DNA of 62,809 bases, the filler included. It is 3 parts of 3 records of this genome, joined end to end, with 100 filler letters (N's around TTAATTAATTAA, not from the genome) between each part and the next. Parts side by side here need not be neighbours in the genome. Positions count along the whole stretch, not along the records: positions 1 to 31,852 come from SRR20825019_1153; 2 more parts are not named here. One strand, written 5' to 3'. Every line of letters starts with the position of its first letter. Position 1 is the first letter of the stretch. The position numbers and the translations under genes are program-made. Below, piece after piece: positions 19,214 through 29,176 of the stretch. A model generated the notes under the pieces. The model worked only from the letters and a program-made list of their open reading frames with translations, did not search any database and was not told where the DNA came from.

Positions 19214-20806
19214 ATGTCACATTTCCCGAGCGAGGTTCCGGTGGTGATCGTCGGCGCCGGTCCGACCGGACTGACGGCTGCGAACCTGCTGGCGTCCTAT
19301 GGCGTCGATTGCCTGCTTTTGGAACGCGATGCCGGGCCGATGAACCTGCCGCGGGCCATCGTGATCGACGACGAAGGCGCACGCACCTTGCAGGTGTTCG
19401 GCCTTGATCGCAGCTATCTCTCCGATCCGATGGAGGGGAACGGATCACGCTATTACGATGATGCTGGCCAGTGCTTTGCCGAGACGGGGCAGGGGCCGCG
19501 CAACTTTGGCTTTGCCAAGCGGAACTTTATCTTCCAACCCGAGCTTGAGGCGGCGTTGCGCGCGCGGCTGAATGAACTGGCACCAGCCACGCTTTGCTTT
19601 GATGCAGAAGTGACCGCGATTGAACAGGCTGAAGGGCACGCGACAGTGGCCGTGGCCGGGTCCGACGGTCAGGTCCACCACATTCGCACCCAGTGGGTTC
19701 TGGCCTGCGACGGCGGACGCAGCCCGATCCGCGAAACCCTTGGCATCCCGATGTCGGGGAACACATATGAAGAAGACTGGATCGTTGTCGATACGGTGAA
19801 CGATCCCGACGACACGCTGTTTTCCAAGTTCTTCTGCAGCGATGTGCGCCCCACGGTCAGCGTACCCGCACCGAATGGCGGCAGGCGCTACGAATTCATG
19901 CTCTTGCCGGGTGAAACACGTGAACTGGTGCTGGCAGATGATTTTCTGGAAACCCTGATGGCGCCGCTGCGTCCGTGGCGTCCGGCGGACATACTGCGGC
20001 GTACGGTCTATACCTTTCATGCCCGCATGGCCGAGCGGTTTCGGGACGGGCGTATCCTGCTGTTGGGGGACGCCGCGCATCTGACGCCACCCTTTGCCGG
20101 GCAGGGGATGAACGCCGGGCTGCGCGATGCACACAACGTGGCGTGGAAGCTGGCCTGCATGGTCCGGGGGTGCGCCGGTGATGTGCTGGACAGCTATTCG
20201 GACGAGCGTCGCAAGCCCGCTTGGGACATGATCCAGCTGGCGGTCGCCATGGGCAGCATCGTGATGCCTGCGGGGCGTGACCAAGTTACGTTTCGCGATC
20301 TGCTGCTGAAGGCACTGGAGCCTTTCCCGAACGTCCGCGACTACCTGATCCACATGCGGTTCAAACCCAAGCCACGCTATGAAACGGGGCTGTTTCTGGG
20401 ATTGGAAGCGCCGGAGTTCGATGCCTCGCTGGTGGGCGAGATGATCCCGCAACCTTTGCTCACCGCTGGAGGGCGGCTGGACGACAGGCTTGGGCCCGGC
20501 TTTGCGCTCATCGCGCAGGACGCAGCGGGTGCGGCGGCGCTTGAGATCATTAAAGGCGACAGTTTTATGGGCCTGCCGCTGGCAAAGGTGCAACTCGATA
20601 CAGGTAGCGCTGGTGTCGGTCTGAAGCTGGCCGATCCGGCTATCGCCCGGCCGTTGCGCACGCATCGCGACCAGGTGTTGCTGGTGCGACCCGACCGCTA
20701 TTGCGCCGCAGCCTCTGCCCCGTGCGCTGTCGACAAGATGCTTGCAGATTACGCGGCGCAATTTGCTGGCGCGCAGCGGGTGGACACGGATCGCGTGCCT
20801 GTCTGA
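19214..20806 (+). CDS. FAD-dependent aromatic hydroxylase, MhpA-like
   Basis: GAGPTG, PRAIVID, ACDGGRS, GDAAHLTPPFAGQGMNAG, C-terminal LVRPDRY. Confidence 0.92.
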   Translation: MSHFPSEVPVVIVGAGPTGLTAANLLASYGVDCLLLERDAGPMNLPRAIVIDDEGARTLQVFGLDRSYLSDPMEGNGSRYYDDAGQCFAETGQGPRNFGFAKRNFIFQPELEAALRARLNELAPATLCFDAEVTAIEQAEGHATVAVAGSDGQVHHIRTQWVLACDGGRSPIRETLGIPMSGNTYEEDWIVVDTVNDPDDTLFSKFFCSDVRPTVSVPAPNGGRRYEFMLLPGETRELVLADDFLETLMAPLRPWRPADILRRTVYTFHARMAERFRDGRILLLGDAAHLTPPFAGQGMNAGLRDAHNVAWKLACMVRGCAGDVLDSYSDERRKPAWDMIQLAVAMGSIVMPAGRDQVTFRDLLLKALEPFPNVRDYLIHMRFKPKPRYETGLFLGLEAPEFDASLVGEMIPQPLLTAGGRLDDRLGPGFALIAQDAAGAAALEIIKGDSFMGLPLAKVQLDTGSAGVGLKLADPAIARPLRTHRDQVLLVRPDRYCAAASAPCAVDKMLADYAAQFAGAQRVDTDRVPV

Positions 20807-20883
20807 GCCGCGCACCGCAGGAATGAATCTTCAAAGCGCGGAGGGAGATCGCGCCAGAGAAGAGAGAATAGGGAGGAGATTAT

Positions 20884-21414
20884 ATGACTTGGGTTTGGAA
20901 ACGGTCATTGGGGCTGGCGCGTGCGCTGGCTCTGGTGGGCTTCACCGGTCTGCTGATACTGGCCCTGATGACCTCGCTCGACGTTTTGCTGCGCTGGCTG
21001 TTCAAGGCCCCGTTGCAGGGGGTGAACGACGTCAGCTCTGTCGTGATGGCGGTGGTGATCGCCGCCTGCATCCCCGCCAACCTCGCGATGAAACAGAACA
21101 TCCGGGTCGAGGTGTTCGGCGCAATTGGCGGGCGCATGGTGCACAAGATCCTGGAAGTCCTGTCGAGCAGCCTGACGCTGGTCTTCATCCTGATGATCGC
21201 CTGGCAATTTGTTCCCTTTGCCGCCTCGCTCAAGGCGGGGGGAGACAGGACATGGGTGCTGGGCTGGCCGGTCTGGCCGTGGTGGAGCGTGGCCTCCGTG
21301 ATGATGTGGCTGGCCGCTTTTGTGCAGGCAATGGTTCTTGTCATCGACCTCATCGCTCTTTTTCACCGGACCGACGATCCGCTGCCGCATGACGATACGG
21401 CGTCCGCAGCGTGA
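20884..21414 (+). CDS. TRAP small permease (DctQ family)
   Basis: Four TM segments, DVLLRWLF..PLQG, NIRVE; precedes the large permease. Confidence 0.88.
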   Translation: MTWVWKRSLGLARALALVGFTGLLILALMTSLDVLLRWLFKAPLQGVNDVSSVVMAVVIAACIPANLAMKQNIRVEVFGAIGGRMVHKILEVLSSSLTLVFILMIAWQFVPFAASLKAGGDRTWVLGWPVWPWWSVASVMMWLAAFVQAMVLVIDLIALFHRTDDPLPHDDTASAA

Positions 21415-21441
21415 CCGACCCCAGTATTTTGGAAGACTGAC

Positions 21442-22743
21442 ATGGACCCTCTGATTCTCGCCCTGCTGGGCTTTTGCGCCATGATGCTGCTGATCGCACT
21501 GCATGTGCCGATCGGCATCTCGATGGCGCTTGTCGGTGTTGTCGGCTTTGCGCAGGTCGTAGGCTGGGGGCCGGCGCTGTCGCTCATGGCCAGCGAACCG
21601 GCCTCGGCGATGAGCTCGCTCGACCTTGCGGTCATTCCCCTCTTCATGCTGATGGGCAGCCTTGCCGCCGCCGGAGGGCTGGCGACGGATGTTTACGATA
21701 TGGCGGGGGCGCTGTTCGGGCACCGGCGGGGCGGGCTGGCAACGACAACAATTGTCGCAAGCGCAGGTTTCGGGGCGATCTGCGGATCGGGTGTTGCGAC
21801 GACAGCCACTTTCGGTCGGGTCGCAATGCCCGAGATGTTGTCGCGCAACTATCGGCCCAGCCTTGCCTCGGGCGCCATCGCGGCGGGCGGAACACTTGGC
21901 ATTATCGTGCCGCCTTCGGCCATGATGATCCTCTACGCGGTTTTGACAGAACAATCGGTGCTGGAGCTGTTCAGCGCCGCGATCATTCCCGCCATGCTGG
22001 CCGTGGTGTTCTACGCGGTCGCCGTACAGGTCACGGTCTGGCGCGATCCGGACGCCGCCCCGAAATCAGAAAAGCTGCCGCTGCGCGAAAGGCTTGCGGC
22101 CATTGGTCGGGCATGGGGTGTGATCCTGCTGGCTGTGGTGGTCTTGGGCGGGATCTATTCGGGCATCTTCACTGTCAACGAGGCGGCGGCCATTGGTGTG
22201 GTCATCGCCTTCTTCTTCGCGCTGATGCGCAAGCGGCTCGACCGGGCGACGTTCCTGAGGGTGATGGCCGAGGCCAGTGGATCGACGGCGATGATCTACC
22301 TGATGGTCTTCGGCGCGACGATCTTTTCCTACTTCGTCTCGGTCACCGGCGGCGCACAGTTCATCGTCTCGTCCATCTCGGAAAGCTCCATCTCTCCGAT
22401 CGCCGTGATCTTCTGCATCCTGCTGCTCTACATCTTCCTTGGCGCGTTCTTCGACGAGGTCGCGGCGATGGTCATCACGCTGCCTTTCGTGATCCCGGTG
22501 ATCCAGGGCTTCGGCTATGATCTGGTGTGGTGGGGGATCATCAACGTCGTGGTGATCGGCATCGGCATGATCACACCGCCGATCGGGATCAACGTGATGC
22601 TGCTGAATTCGATGTATCGCGACATCCGCATTACCACGATCTACCGCGGTATCGTGCCCTTCCTGGTGGCGGACCTCGTGCGGCTGATCGTGCTGGTTCT
22701 GTTTCCCCCGCTCACGCTCTGGCTGCCTTCTGTCATTGGATGA
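21442..22743 (+). CDS. TRAP large permease (DctM family)
   Basis: IPLFMLMG, GTLGIIVPPS, ITPPIGINV. Confidence 0.94.
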   Translation: MDPLILALLGFCAMMLLIALHVPIGISMALVGVVGFAQVVGWGPALSLMASEPASAMSSLDLAVIPLFMLMGSLAAAGGLATDVYDMAGALFGHRRGGLATTTIVASAGFGAICGSGVATTATFGRVAMPEMLSRNYRPSLASGAIAAGGTLGIIVPPSAMMILYAVLTEQSVLELFSAAIIPAMLAVVFYAVAVQVTVWRDPDAAPKSEKLPLRERLAAIGRAWGVILLAVVVLGGIYSGIFTVNEAAAIGVVIAFFFALMRKRLDRATFLRVMAEASGSTAMIYLMVFGATIFSYFVSVTGGAQFIVSSISESSISPIAVIFCILLLYIFLGAFFDEVAAMVITLPFVIPVIQGFGYDLVWWGIINVVVIGIGMITPPIGINVMLLNSMYRDIRITTIYRGIVPFLVADLVRLIVLVLFPPLTLWLPSVIG

Positions 22744-22748
22744 CACCC

Positions 22749-22765
22749 TGTCCAACAGCTGGACA
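22749..22765. promoter_or_regulatory. Palindromic operator copy 3 (upstream of DctP)
   Basis: cTGTCC-AACAGCT-GGACAg. Confidence 0.65.
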
Positions 22766-22837
22766 GTTTCGCCTCGACCGTCGCCCGCGCAACGGCTTGG
22801 GGACATCGTGAAGGATACAAAAACCAGGGAGGAAACC

Positions 22838-23845
22838 ATGAAACTCATTAACATCGCCTTGGCGGCCGCGATTGCGGTCGGGCTGGCGGTCCCGGCCCGT
22901 GCCGAAGTGCTACGGTTCTCGAGCTTCGAGCCACCGGTGGCGCATATCACCAAGAACATCCTTACGGCCTGGGCCGCGGATGTCTCCGCTGCCTCCGAAG
23001 GGGAGTTGGATGTCCAGATGTTCCCCGGCGGGACATTGGGGCGGAACCCGGCGCAGCAGCTCAAGCTGGTCGAGGATGGGGTGGCGGATATCGCCTGGGT
23101 AATTCCCGGCTATACGCCCGGTCGCTTTAACGAGGGAACGGTGGCCGAGCTGCCATTCCTTGTGAAGGATTCAACAACCGGATCGACTGCAATGTGGGCG
23201 CTGTACGAGGCCGGGCTGCTCAAGGGGGATTACGAAAACTTCAAGCTGATCGGGGTCATGTCATCGTCGCCGAACGGGCTGGCGAGCACCGTGGACATGC
23301 GCGAACCGGCGGAACTGAAAGGCCAGAACATCCGCGCACCGGGTCCAACCATGCTGTCCGCCATCAAGTCGCTCGACGCGGTGCCGGTCGGGGGCATTAC
23401 GGGTCCGACCATGGCCGAAAGCCTCAGTCGCGGGTTGATTACCGGAACCTTCACACAGTGGGGGGCGGTAGAGACCTTCAGCGCTGGCGGGGTCGTGAAC
23501 CACTTTCTCGAATTGCCTCTCGGAGCGACGCCGATGCTGATCATCATGAACAAGGCCAAATACGAGGGCCTGTCGGACAAGGCGAAGGCGGCTATTGATG
23601 CACAGTCCGGCGCGGCGTTTTCGGACCGCTTCGGTCGATCCTTCGATGAATACCTCTCCGAGGCGAAAGACCGCATCCTGGCCGCGAACGAGATTACGGT
23701 CATTGATCCGGATGAGGCGTTGACCGCGAAATGGCAGGAGGCGATGTCGGTCGCGACACAGGACTGGATCGCGCAGACCGAGAACGGCCAGGCCATCTAT
23801 GACGCCTTCAAGGCCGAGCTTGAGAAGGCCGAAGCTTCGAACTGA
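22838..23845 (+). CDS. TRAP solute-binding protein (DctP family)
   Basis: Start MKLINIAL after GGGAGG; signal peptide; FPGGTLG, GVADI, YTPGRF, ELPF, LKGQNIR. Confidence 0.92.
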   Translation: MKLINIALAAAIAVGLAVPARAEVLRFSSFEPPVAHITKNILTAWAADVSAASEGELDVQMFPGGTLGRNPAQQLKLVEDGVADIAWVIPGYTPGRFNEGTVAELPFLVKDSTTGSTAMWALYEAGLLKGDYENFKLIGVMSSSPNGLASTVDMREPAELKGQNIRAPGPTMLSAIKSLDAVPVGGITGPTMAESLSRGLITGTFTQWGAVETFSAGGVVNHFLELPLGATPMLIIMNKAKYEGLSDKAKAAIDAQSGAAFSDRFGRSFDEYLSEAKDRILAANEITVIDPDEALTAKWQEAMSVATQDWIAQTENGQAIYDAFKAELEKAEASN

Positions 23846-23850
23846 AACCT

Positions 23851-23890
23851 GTGCGCGACGCGGGGACTTCCCGCGCGTCGCGCACTTTCT
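23851..23890 (+). terminator. Rho-independent terminator-like hairpin after dctP
   Basis: GTGCGCGACGCG…CGCGTCGCGCAC 12-bp stem followed by TTTCT. Confidence 0.7.
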
Positions 23891-23990
23891 AACGGTGCAT
23901 CATGACTGGCCAGACGGCGGATATGACTGCGATGGCGCGCCCGGATCGGACGACCTGCTGCCTGTCACTGGCTCGCATGTGCAGGCTGAT

Positions 23991-24797
23991 CTAGAGCGCT
24001 TCTTTCTCGGCCAGCTCGCGGGAAATGCGCCGGGTCGTTTCCAGAAGCCTGTCCCGATAAAGTCTGATTGCATCATCAAAGGTCAGCGCACTGCCGGTCC
24101 AGATGATTGTCAGGCAGGCGACCACCTGGTCCCCGCTGAATATGGGGGCAGAGATGCTTTTGGTCGCTGACCGAAATCCCTCTTTGCGAAATCCGACGCC
24201 CAACTGGCGTGCCTGCGACAGGATATAGTCCAGCGAACCGTCTTGCAGGATGATCGGCCGCCTGAGGCCAAGCTGTGCCTCCAGTCCGGCCAGAGTGCGT
24301 TCGCGTTCCGCCTCGGGCGAAAACGCCAGATAGGCCCGTCCGCCCGAAGTTTCGAGCACAGGAAGCTTCAGGCCGACCATGCCATGATCGATGGAATAGG
24401 GGCTGATGTTGTGCGTCGACTCGCGGATCTCCATCTGGTGATCGTTGAAGGTGACCAGATCAAGCGGCCAGAGGATCTCCCTTCCCAGCCGGACCATCTC
24501 GGGCACCACGCTTTGCGCGACCCAGTCCTTGTCACGGAAACCCGAGCTGAGCGACTTGGCCTTCAGCGTCGGTCGCCATTTTTCTGACGAATGATCGCGG
24601 CTCACAAAACCCAGCCCTTCCAGCGTTTCCAGCAGGCGGTAGACCGTCGGTCGGGGAATACCGGTTTCGGCGGCCACCTCAGCGGCTTTGAGGCCATCAC
24701 GCTGGTTCACGGCCTGCAGCACCTGAAGGCCCCGTTCGAGCGCTCTGACAGATCCAAACCCTGAAATGGCGGTGCCTCCCTCTGGCTGGTCGCCCAC
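23991..24797 (-). CDS. IclR-family regulator (MhpR-like)
   Basis: SVRALERGLQVL, PRPTVYRLLETL HTH, TSGGRAYLAF, ISAPI; start uncertain (GTG 24797 chosen). Confidence 0.9.
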   Translation of the reverse strand: MGDQPEGGTAISGFGSVRALERGLQVLQAVNQRDGLKAAEVAAETGIPRPTVYRLLETLEGLGFVSRDHSSEKWRPTLKAKSLSSGFRDKDWVAQSVVPEMVRLGREILWPLDLVTFNDHQMEIRESTHNISPYSIDHGMVGLKLPVLETSGGRAYLAFSPEAERERTLAGLEAQLGLRRPIILQDGSLDYILSQARQLGVGFRKEGFRSATKSISAPIFSGDQVVACLTIIWTGSALTFDDAIRLYRDRLLETTRRISRELAEKEAL

Positions 24798-24844
24798 TTT
24801 GGTAGAAGCGTCGGGGTGGTCTGGCAAGCCTGTTCGCGGCGCAT

Positions 24845-24861
24845 TGTCCGCCAAGCGGACA
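24845..24861. promoter_or_regulatory. Palindromic operator copy 4 (IclR/FAH divergent region)
   Basis: attGTCCGC-CAA-GCGGACaat, an extended perfect palindrome containing TGTCC-N7-GGACA. Confidence 0.7.
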
Positions 24862-24935
24862 ATTGCAGAGCGGCACGCGCCCACGGGTTTTTGCCGCGAT
24901 AAGAACAGTTCGAACAGTCAATCAGGAGCGAGCAC

Positions 24936-25787
24936 ATGCGCATAGCCTCATATATCACGTCCGACGGTACCGCATCGTTCGGCGTTGCGGAGAACGGACA
25001 GCTGAAGGACGTGGGCGCGGCGTTCCGGCAAAAATATTCTGACCTGCGCGCGGTTCTCGCCGCCGGCGCGCTGGGCGACCTTGCCGCTGCCGCAGGGCAA
25101 GGCGGCGCGCTGGCCGAGGGCGATGTCACGCTGATCTCGCCGGTGCCGAACCCGGACAAGATCATCTGCATCGGCCTGAACTACATGACCCATATCAACG
25201 AGACCGGGCGCGACAAACCCGCGAAGCCGTCGATTTTCACGCGCTATCCGTCCTCTGTCACCGGGCACGGCCAGCCGATGATCCGGCCCAAGGCCTCGGA
25301 TTGGTTCGATTTCGAGGGCGAGTTGGCGGTGATCATTGGCACAGCCGGACGTGACATCGCCGAAGCGGACGCCATGCAGCACGTCGCGGGTTACAGCTGT
25401 TTCAACGACGGGTCGATCCGCGACTACCAGCGCCACACCTCGCAATTCTGGGCCGGCAAGAACTTTGTCGACAGCGGCGCCATGGGCCCCTGGCTGGTCA
25501 CGACGGATGAGTTGACGGACCCGGCGGCGCAGACCATGGAGACGCGGCTGAATGGCGAGGTCATGCAATCGACGCCGATCAGCGACCTGGCCTTCAACAT
25601 TCCCGAATTGATCGCCTACCTGTCCATCGTGACCGAACTGCTGCCCGGCGACGTGATCGCCACCGGCACCCCAAGCGGTGTGGGCCTGTTCCGCGAGCCC
25701 AAGCTGTTCATGAAGGACGGTGATAACGTCGAGGTCGAGATTTCGGGGATCGGCACCCTGTCGAACCCGATCCGCGATCAGGTCTGA
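24936..25787 (+). CDS. Fumarylacetoacetate hydrolase (FAH) family protein
   Basis: KIICIGLNY, DFEGELAVIIG, FNDGSIRD, GKNF, PGDVIATGTPSGVG. Confidence 0.94.
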   Translation: MRIASYITSDGTASFGVAENGQLKDVGAAFRQKYSDLRAVLAAGALGDLAAAAGQGGALAEGDVTLISPVPNPDKIICIGLNYMTHINETGRDKPAKPSIFTRYPSSVTGHGQPMIRPKASDWFDFEGELAVIIGTAGRDIAEADAMQHVAGYSCFNDGSIRDYQRHTSQFWAGKNFVDSGAMGPWLVTTDELTDPAAQTMETRLNGEVMQSTPISDLAFNIPELIAYLSIVTELLPGDVIATGTPSGVGLFREPKLFMKDGDNVEVEISGIGTLSNPIRDQV

Positions 25788-25822
25788 GGCGGGCACCCGT
25801 CCGGGTAGAAGGGGATCTCGGC

Positions 25823-26146
25823 ATGATCAAAGTGACGTTCATCGAACATGACGGAACCAAGACGACAGTCGAAGGCCGCAGCGGCGACAGTGTGATGAGC
25901 CTTGCCGCTGCGCAGGGCATCGACGGCATCGTCGCCGAATGCGGCGGCGGGATGATGTGCGCAACCTGTCATTGCTATGTCGATGATGCATGGTTCGCCA
26001 GGACCGGGCCACGGTCGGACGACGAGGCTGACATGCTGGACTGTGCGGTTGCCGAGGTCCGTCAGACTTCGCGCCTGTCCTGCCAGATCACGCTGAGCGA
26101 CGAGCTTGACGGTCTTGTCGTCTACCTTCCAGAGGCTCAGGTGTGA
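25823..26146 (+). CDS. [2Fe-2S] ferredoxin, putidaredoxin-type
   Basis: ECGGGMMCATCH…SRLSCQI. Confidence 0.95.
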   Translation: MIKVTFIEHDGTKTTVEGRSGDSVMSLAAAQGIDGIVAECGGGMMCATCHCYVDDAWFARTGPRSDDEADMLDCAVAEVRQTSRLSCQITLSDELDGLVVYLPEAQV

Positions 26147-27339
26147 ACGACGGGCATGTGGTCATCGTCGGCGCGGGGCAGGGCGGCGTTCAGGCGGCGC
26201 TTTCGCTGCGGCAGGAAGGGCATGGCGGAGCGATCACGCTGATCGGGGACGAAGAGGGCCTGCCCTATCAGCGGCCGCCCCTGTCAAAGGACTATCTCAA
26301 GACCGGACAGGCCGAGAGGCTGGTGCTGCGTCCTGCAGATTATTTTGACCGCAAGGCGATCAACCTGTGGACCGGCAGGCGCGTCGATGGCATCGACCGG
26401 GCGGCCAGGCAGGTCCATGTCGGGCAGGACACTCTGACCTACGACAGGCTCATTCTCGCGACTGGAACGCGCAACCTGACCCCGCCGATATCGGGCATCG
26501 GGCGGGCTTTCGGTCTGCGAACCCTTGCGCAGGCGAAAGGTCTGCGCGACGCCCTGAACGGAACACGCCGCATTGCCGTGATCGGTGGCGGGTTCATCGG
26601 GCTGGAAGTTGCCGCTGTGGCGCGGGCTGGCGGGCATGAGGTGCATGTCGCCGAGGCAGCGCCGCGCCTGATGTCTCGGGTTCTGTCGCCCCAGATGTCC
26701 GAGAGGTTTCGGGGCAAGCACGAATCGCTCGGCACCCGGTTCCATCTTGGCAACGGCGTGACCGAACTGCGCGACGGCTGCATTGTTTTGGCCAGTGGTG
26801 AAACGATAGACGCGGACCTTGTGCTGTTGGCCGCCGGTGTGCGTCCGAACACCGAACTGGCCGAGGCCGCAGGGCTTGCCGTCGACAACGGCGTGGTGGT
26901 CGATCCTCTCCTTCGGACCTCCGATCCGGAGATCTACGCGCTTGGCGATTGCTGCGCCTTTCCCGACCCCGAGTCCGGCAACCACGTGCGCCTTGAAAGC
27001 GTGCAGGCGGCGACGGATCAGGCCCGCGCCATTGCCCGGACCATCGTCCACGGTGCGCAGGAGCCTTACGCCAAGGTGCCGTGGTTCTGGTCCGATCAGG
27101 CGGACTGGAAGTTGCAGATCGCGGGGCTGGCCGATCCCGACGCCACCAGTGTCACCATTGGCGAGGACACGGTTTTCAGGTTCTCCGGCAACAGGTTGTG
27201 CGCGGTTGAGACAATCAACAATGCCAAGGTCCACATGCAGGCGCGCAAGGTTCTGGCCCGGCGGCCTGCTCCGGCTTACGATGATCTTGCGCGGTGCGGC
27301 TTTGACCTCGGACGCGAAACAGAGAAGGACAGAGTTTGA
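26143..27339 (+). CDS. FAD/NAD(P)H ferredoxin reductase
   Basis: GAGQGG, PYQRPPLSK, GGGFIGLE, RLESVQAA, PWFWSDQ. Confidence 0.95.
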   Translation: MNDGHVVIVGAGQGGVQAALSLRQEGHGGAITLIGDEEGLPYQRPPLSKDYLKTGQAERLVLRPADYFDRKAINLWTGRRVDGIDRAARQVHVGQDTLTYDRLILATGTRNLTPPISGIGRAFGLRTLAQAKGLRDALNGTRRIAVIGGGFIGLEVAAVARAGGHEVHVAEAAPRLMSRVLSPQMSERFRGKHESLGTRFHLGNGVTELRDGCIVLASGETIDADLVLLAAGVRPNTELAEAAGLAVDNGVVVDPLLRTSDPEIYALGDCCAFPDPESGNHVRLESVQAATDQARAIARTIVHGAQEPYAKVPWFWSDQADWKLQIAGLADPDATSVTIGEDTVFRFSGNRLCAVETINNAKVHMQARKVLARRPAPAYDDLARCGFDLGRETEKDRV

Positions 27340-28205
27340 TGAAACGGATGCTCACCTGTGCCGTGCTGGGCAACTTTACCAGCCGCGCCATGAACCCCAA
27401 CCTGCCGATTACCCCGGCCGAGATTGCAGATGACTGCCTTGCCGCTGCCGAAGAGGGTGCGGCGATTGTCCATGTGCATGTCCGCGACCCAAAGACGGAA
27501 CTTCCCTCGATGGAGGTCGCGCATTACGCCGAGGTCGTCTCGCGCATCCGTGACGTCAACGCGGACCTGATCATAAATCTGACGACCGGCAACGGCGGAC
27601 GGTTCGATCCGACGGACGGCGATCCGGTGAAACCCGGGCCAAAGACCAACCTTCTGCCTCCCGACGCACGGGTGCGGCATATCCAGGAGATCAAACCGGA
27701 CATCGCGACGCTCGACCTGAATACGATGGTGTTCGGCGGTGAGGTCGTCATCAACGCGCCCGCCTCCATCCGGCGGATGGGTGAATTGATCATGTCAGCG
27801 GGCGTAAAGCCCGAGATCGAGCTGTTCGATTCCGGTGATATCGCCCTTCTCAAAGCCCTGCAAAAGGAAGGTCACCTTCCCGCCGCGCCGCTTTGTTCGA
27901 TCGTCATGGGCGTTCAATTCGGCTTTGCGCCGTCGCCTGAAACCGTTCTCTATGCCCGCGGACTGCTGCCGCCCGGTGCGCATTGGACGGCCTTTGGCAC
28001 CGGACGCTTCGCTTTTCCGATGGTGGCCCAGTCGCTGCTGGCGGGTGGCCACGTGCGCATCGGATTGGAGGACGCGACAAAGCTGGACGCAGATACGCTT
28101 GCGCCGTCGAATGCGGCAATGGTCGCAAAAGCACGGCGCATGATGGAGGATTTGGGCCATCCCCCCATGTCTCCGTCCGAGGCGCGGAGAATGCTGGCTC
28201 TTTGA
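27339..28205 (+). CDS. Beta-keto acid cleavage enzyme (BKACE/DUF849)
   Basis: NPNLPITPAEIA, GAAIVHVHVRD (HxH), KPEIELFD, GHVRIGLED. Confidence 0.9.
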   Translation: MKRMLTCAVLGNFTSRAMNPNLPITPAEIADDCLAAAEEGAAIVHVHVRDPKTELPSMEVAHYAEVVSRIRDVNADLIINLTTGNGGRFDPTDGDPVKPGPKTNLLPPDARVRHIQEIKPDIATLDLNTMVFGGEVVINAPASIRRMGELIMSAGVKPEIELFDSGDIALLKALQKEGHLPAAPLCSIVMGVQFGFAPSPETVLYARGLLPPGAHWTAFGTGRFAFPMVAQSLLAGGHVRIGLEDATKLDADTLAPSNAAMVAKARRMMEDLGHPPMSPSEARRMLAL

Positions 28206-28383
28206 TCCAGTTTGCCCTGCACCTTGTCCGAAGCGCTCCGCGTGCACAGACAAGGCGATCTCGATGCCCGGTCCTGTGCGGTTGCCTTTTATCAAAGGAC
28301 ACCGCGCGTCCTTTCGGGCATTGCCGTGCGATGGGCGCCAGATCAGCACATAGCTTGCGCATGATAACAGGCTGCCAGTGATG

Positions 28384-28495
28384 TACCGCCGTCTGCTTGG
28401 TGCAGGATCGCCAAGATCTGGGGGTCGTTACTCTCCGCATGTAACTTGCTTTCGGCAAGACTGCGGTTCTCCTCCACAAGGCGCGGGGAAGTCCA
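28384..28495 (-). mobile_element. Degenerate left-end remnant of an IS3-family element
   Basis: Begins TGGACTTCCCC…GTGGAGGAGAAC and encodes DPQILAILHQADGG, resembling the N-terminus of alphaproteobacterial IS3-family OrfA as I recall it; no start codon, rest absent. Confidence 0.55.
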
Positions 28496-28534
28496 ACTGC
28501 TAGATCCCGGCAATAGCCGCATGGGAAAGGCTTC

Positions 28535-29155
28535 TCAGATGAGGCCTTCCAACTGCATAGCCCTTTGCGCCGCCGGTCGCGCGGACATACGTTCGAAATA
28601 CCGGATCAGGTTCGCGGGCAAGTCCAGCTTCAACCGCGCGACGCCCCAGAACATCGTATAGAACAACGCGGCATCCGCGATGGTCATGCGTTCGCCCATG
28701 ATAAAGGGATTGTCGCCAAGCTGCGTCGACAGGAAACCCGCCGCTTTCATCACGATGTCCTTGCCATAGTTCTGCACCCACACAAGGTCGCCATCGTTCG
28801 GCGTGAACTTCTGTGGCCGCAGAATCCGCGTGAAGCCCTGCATGTGCATCGTGGCCACGATGTAATCGAGGGTCTCCTTAATGCGCAGTTCCTGTTCAAA
28901 GCTGTCCGGTTCGAATTGCTCCCTGGCGTGGGTCTGGGCCAACCAGTGGGCGATGACACCGAACTCGGTCAGCAAAGAGCCGTCGTCGCGCAGGATCGCA
29001 GGGACCTTGGATTTGGGATTTATCTTGATGTAGCCGTCCTTGAGCTGGTCGCCGTTCTGGATGTGGATGGCGCCGCCTTCATAGGCGATGCCGATTTCCT
29101 CAAGCAGAAAGTGAATGCCGAGCGAGCACGCTCCGGGGGAATAATAGAACTTCAT
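28535..29155 (-). CDS. Beta-class glutathione S-transferase (BphK-like)
   Basis: MKFYYSPGACSL, INPKSKVPAI, MTIADA. Confidence 0.9.
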   Translation of the reverse strand: MKFYYSPGACSLGIHFLLEEIGIAYEGGAIHIQNGDQLKDGYIKINPKSKVPAILRDDGSLLTEFGVIAHWLAQTHAREQFEPDSFEQELRIKETLDYIVATMHMQGFTRILRPQKFTPNDGDLVWVQNYGKDIVMKAAGFLSTQLGDNPFIMGERMTIADAALFYTMFWGVARLKLDLPANLIRYFERMSARPAAQRAMQLEGLI

Positions 29156-29176
29156 GGGGTGGCTCCCTTGTTCGCG

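Noticed and set aside
20770-20786. Possible sixth operator upstream of dctQ
   Set aside because: Only the GGACA half-site is present, and it lies inside the hydroxylase coding sequence.
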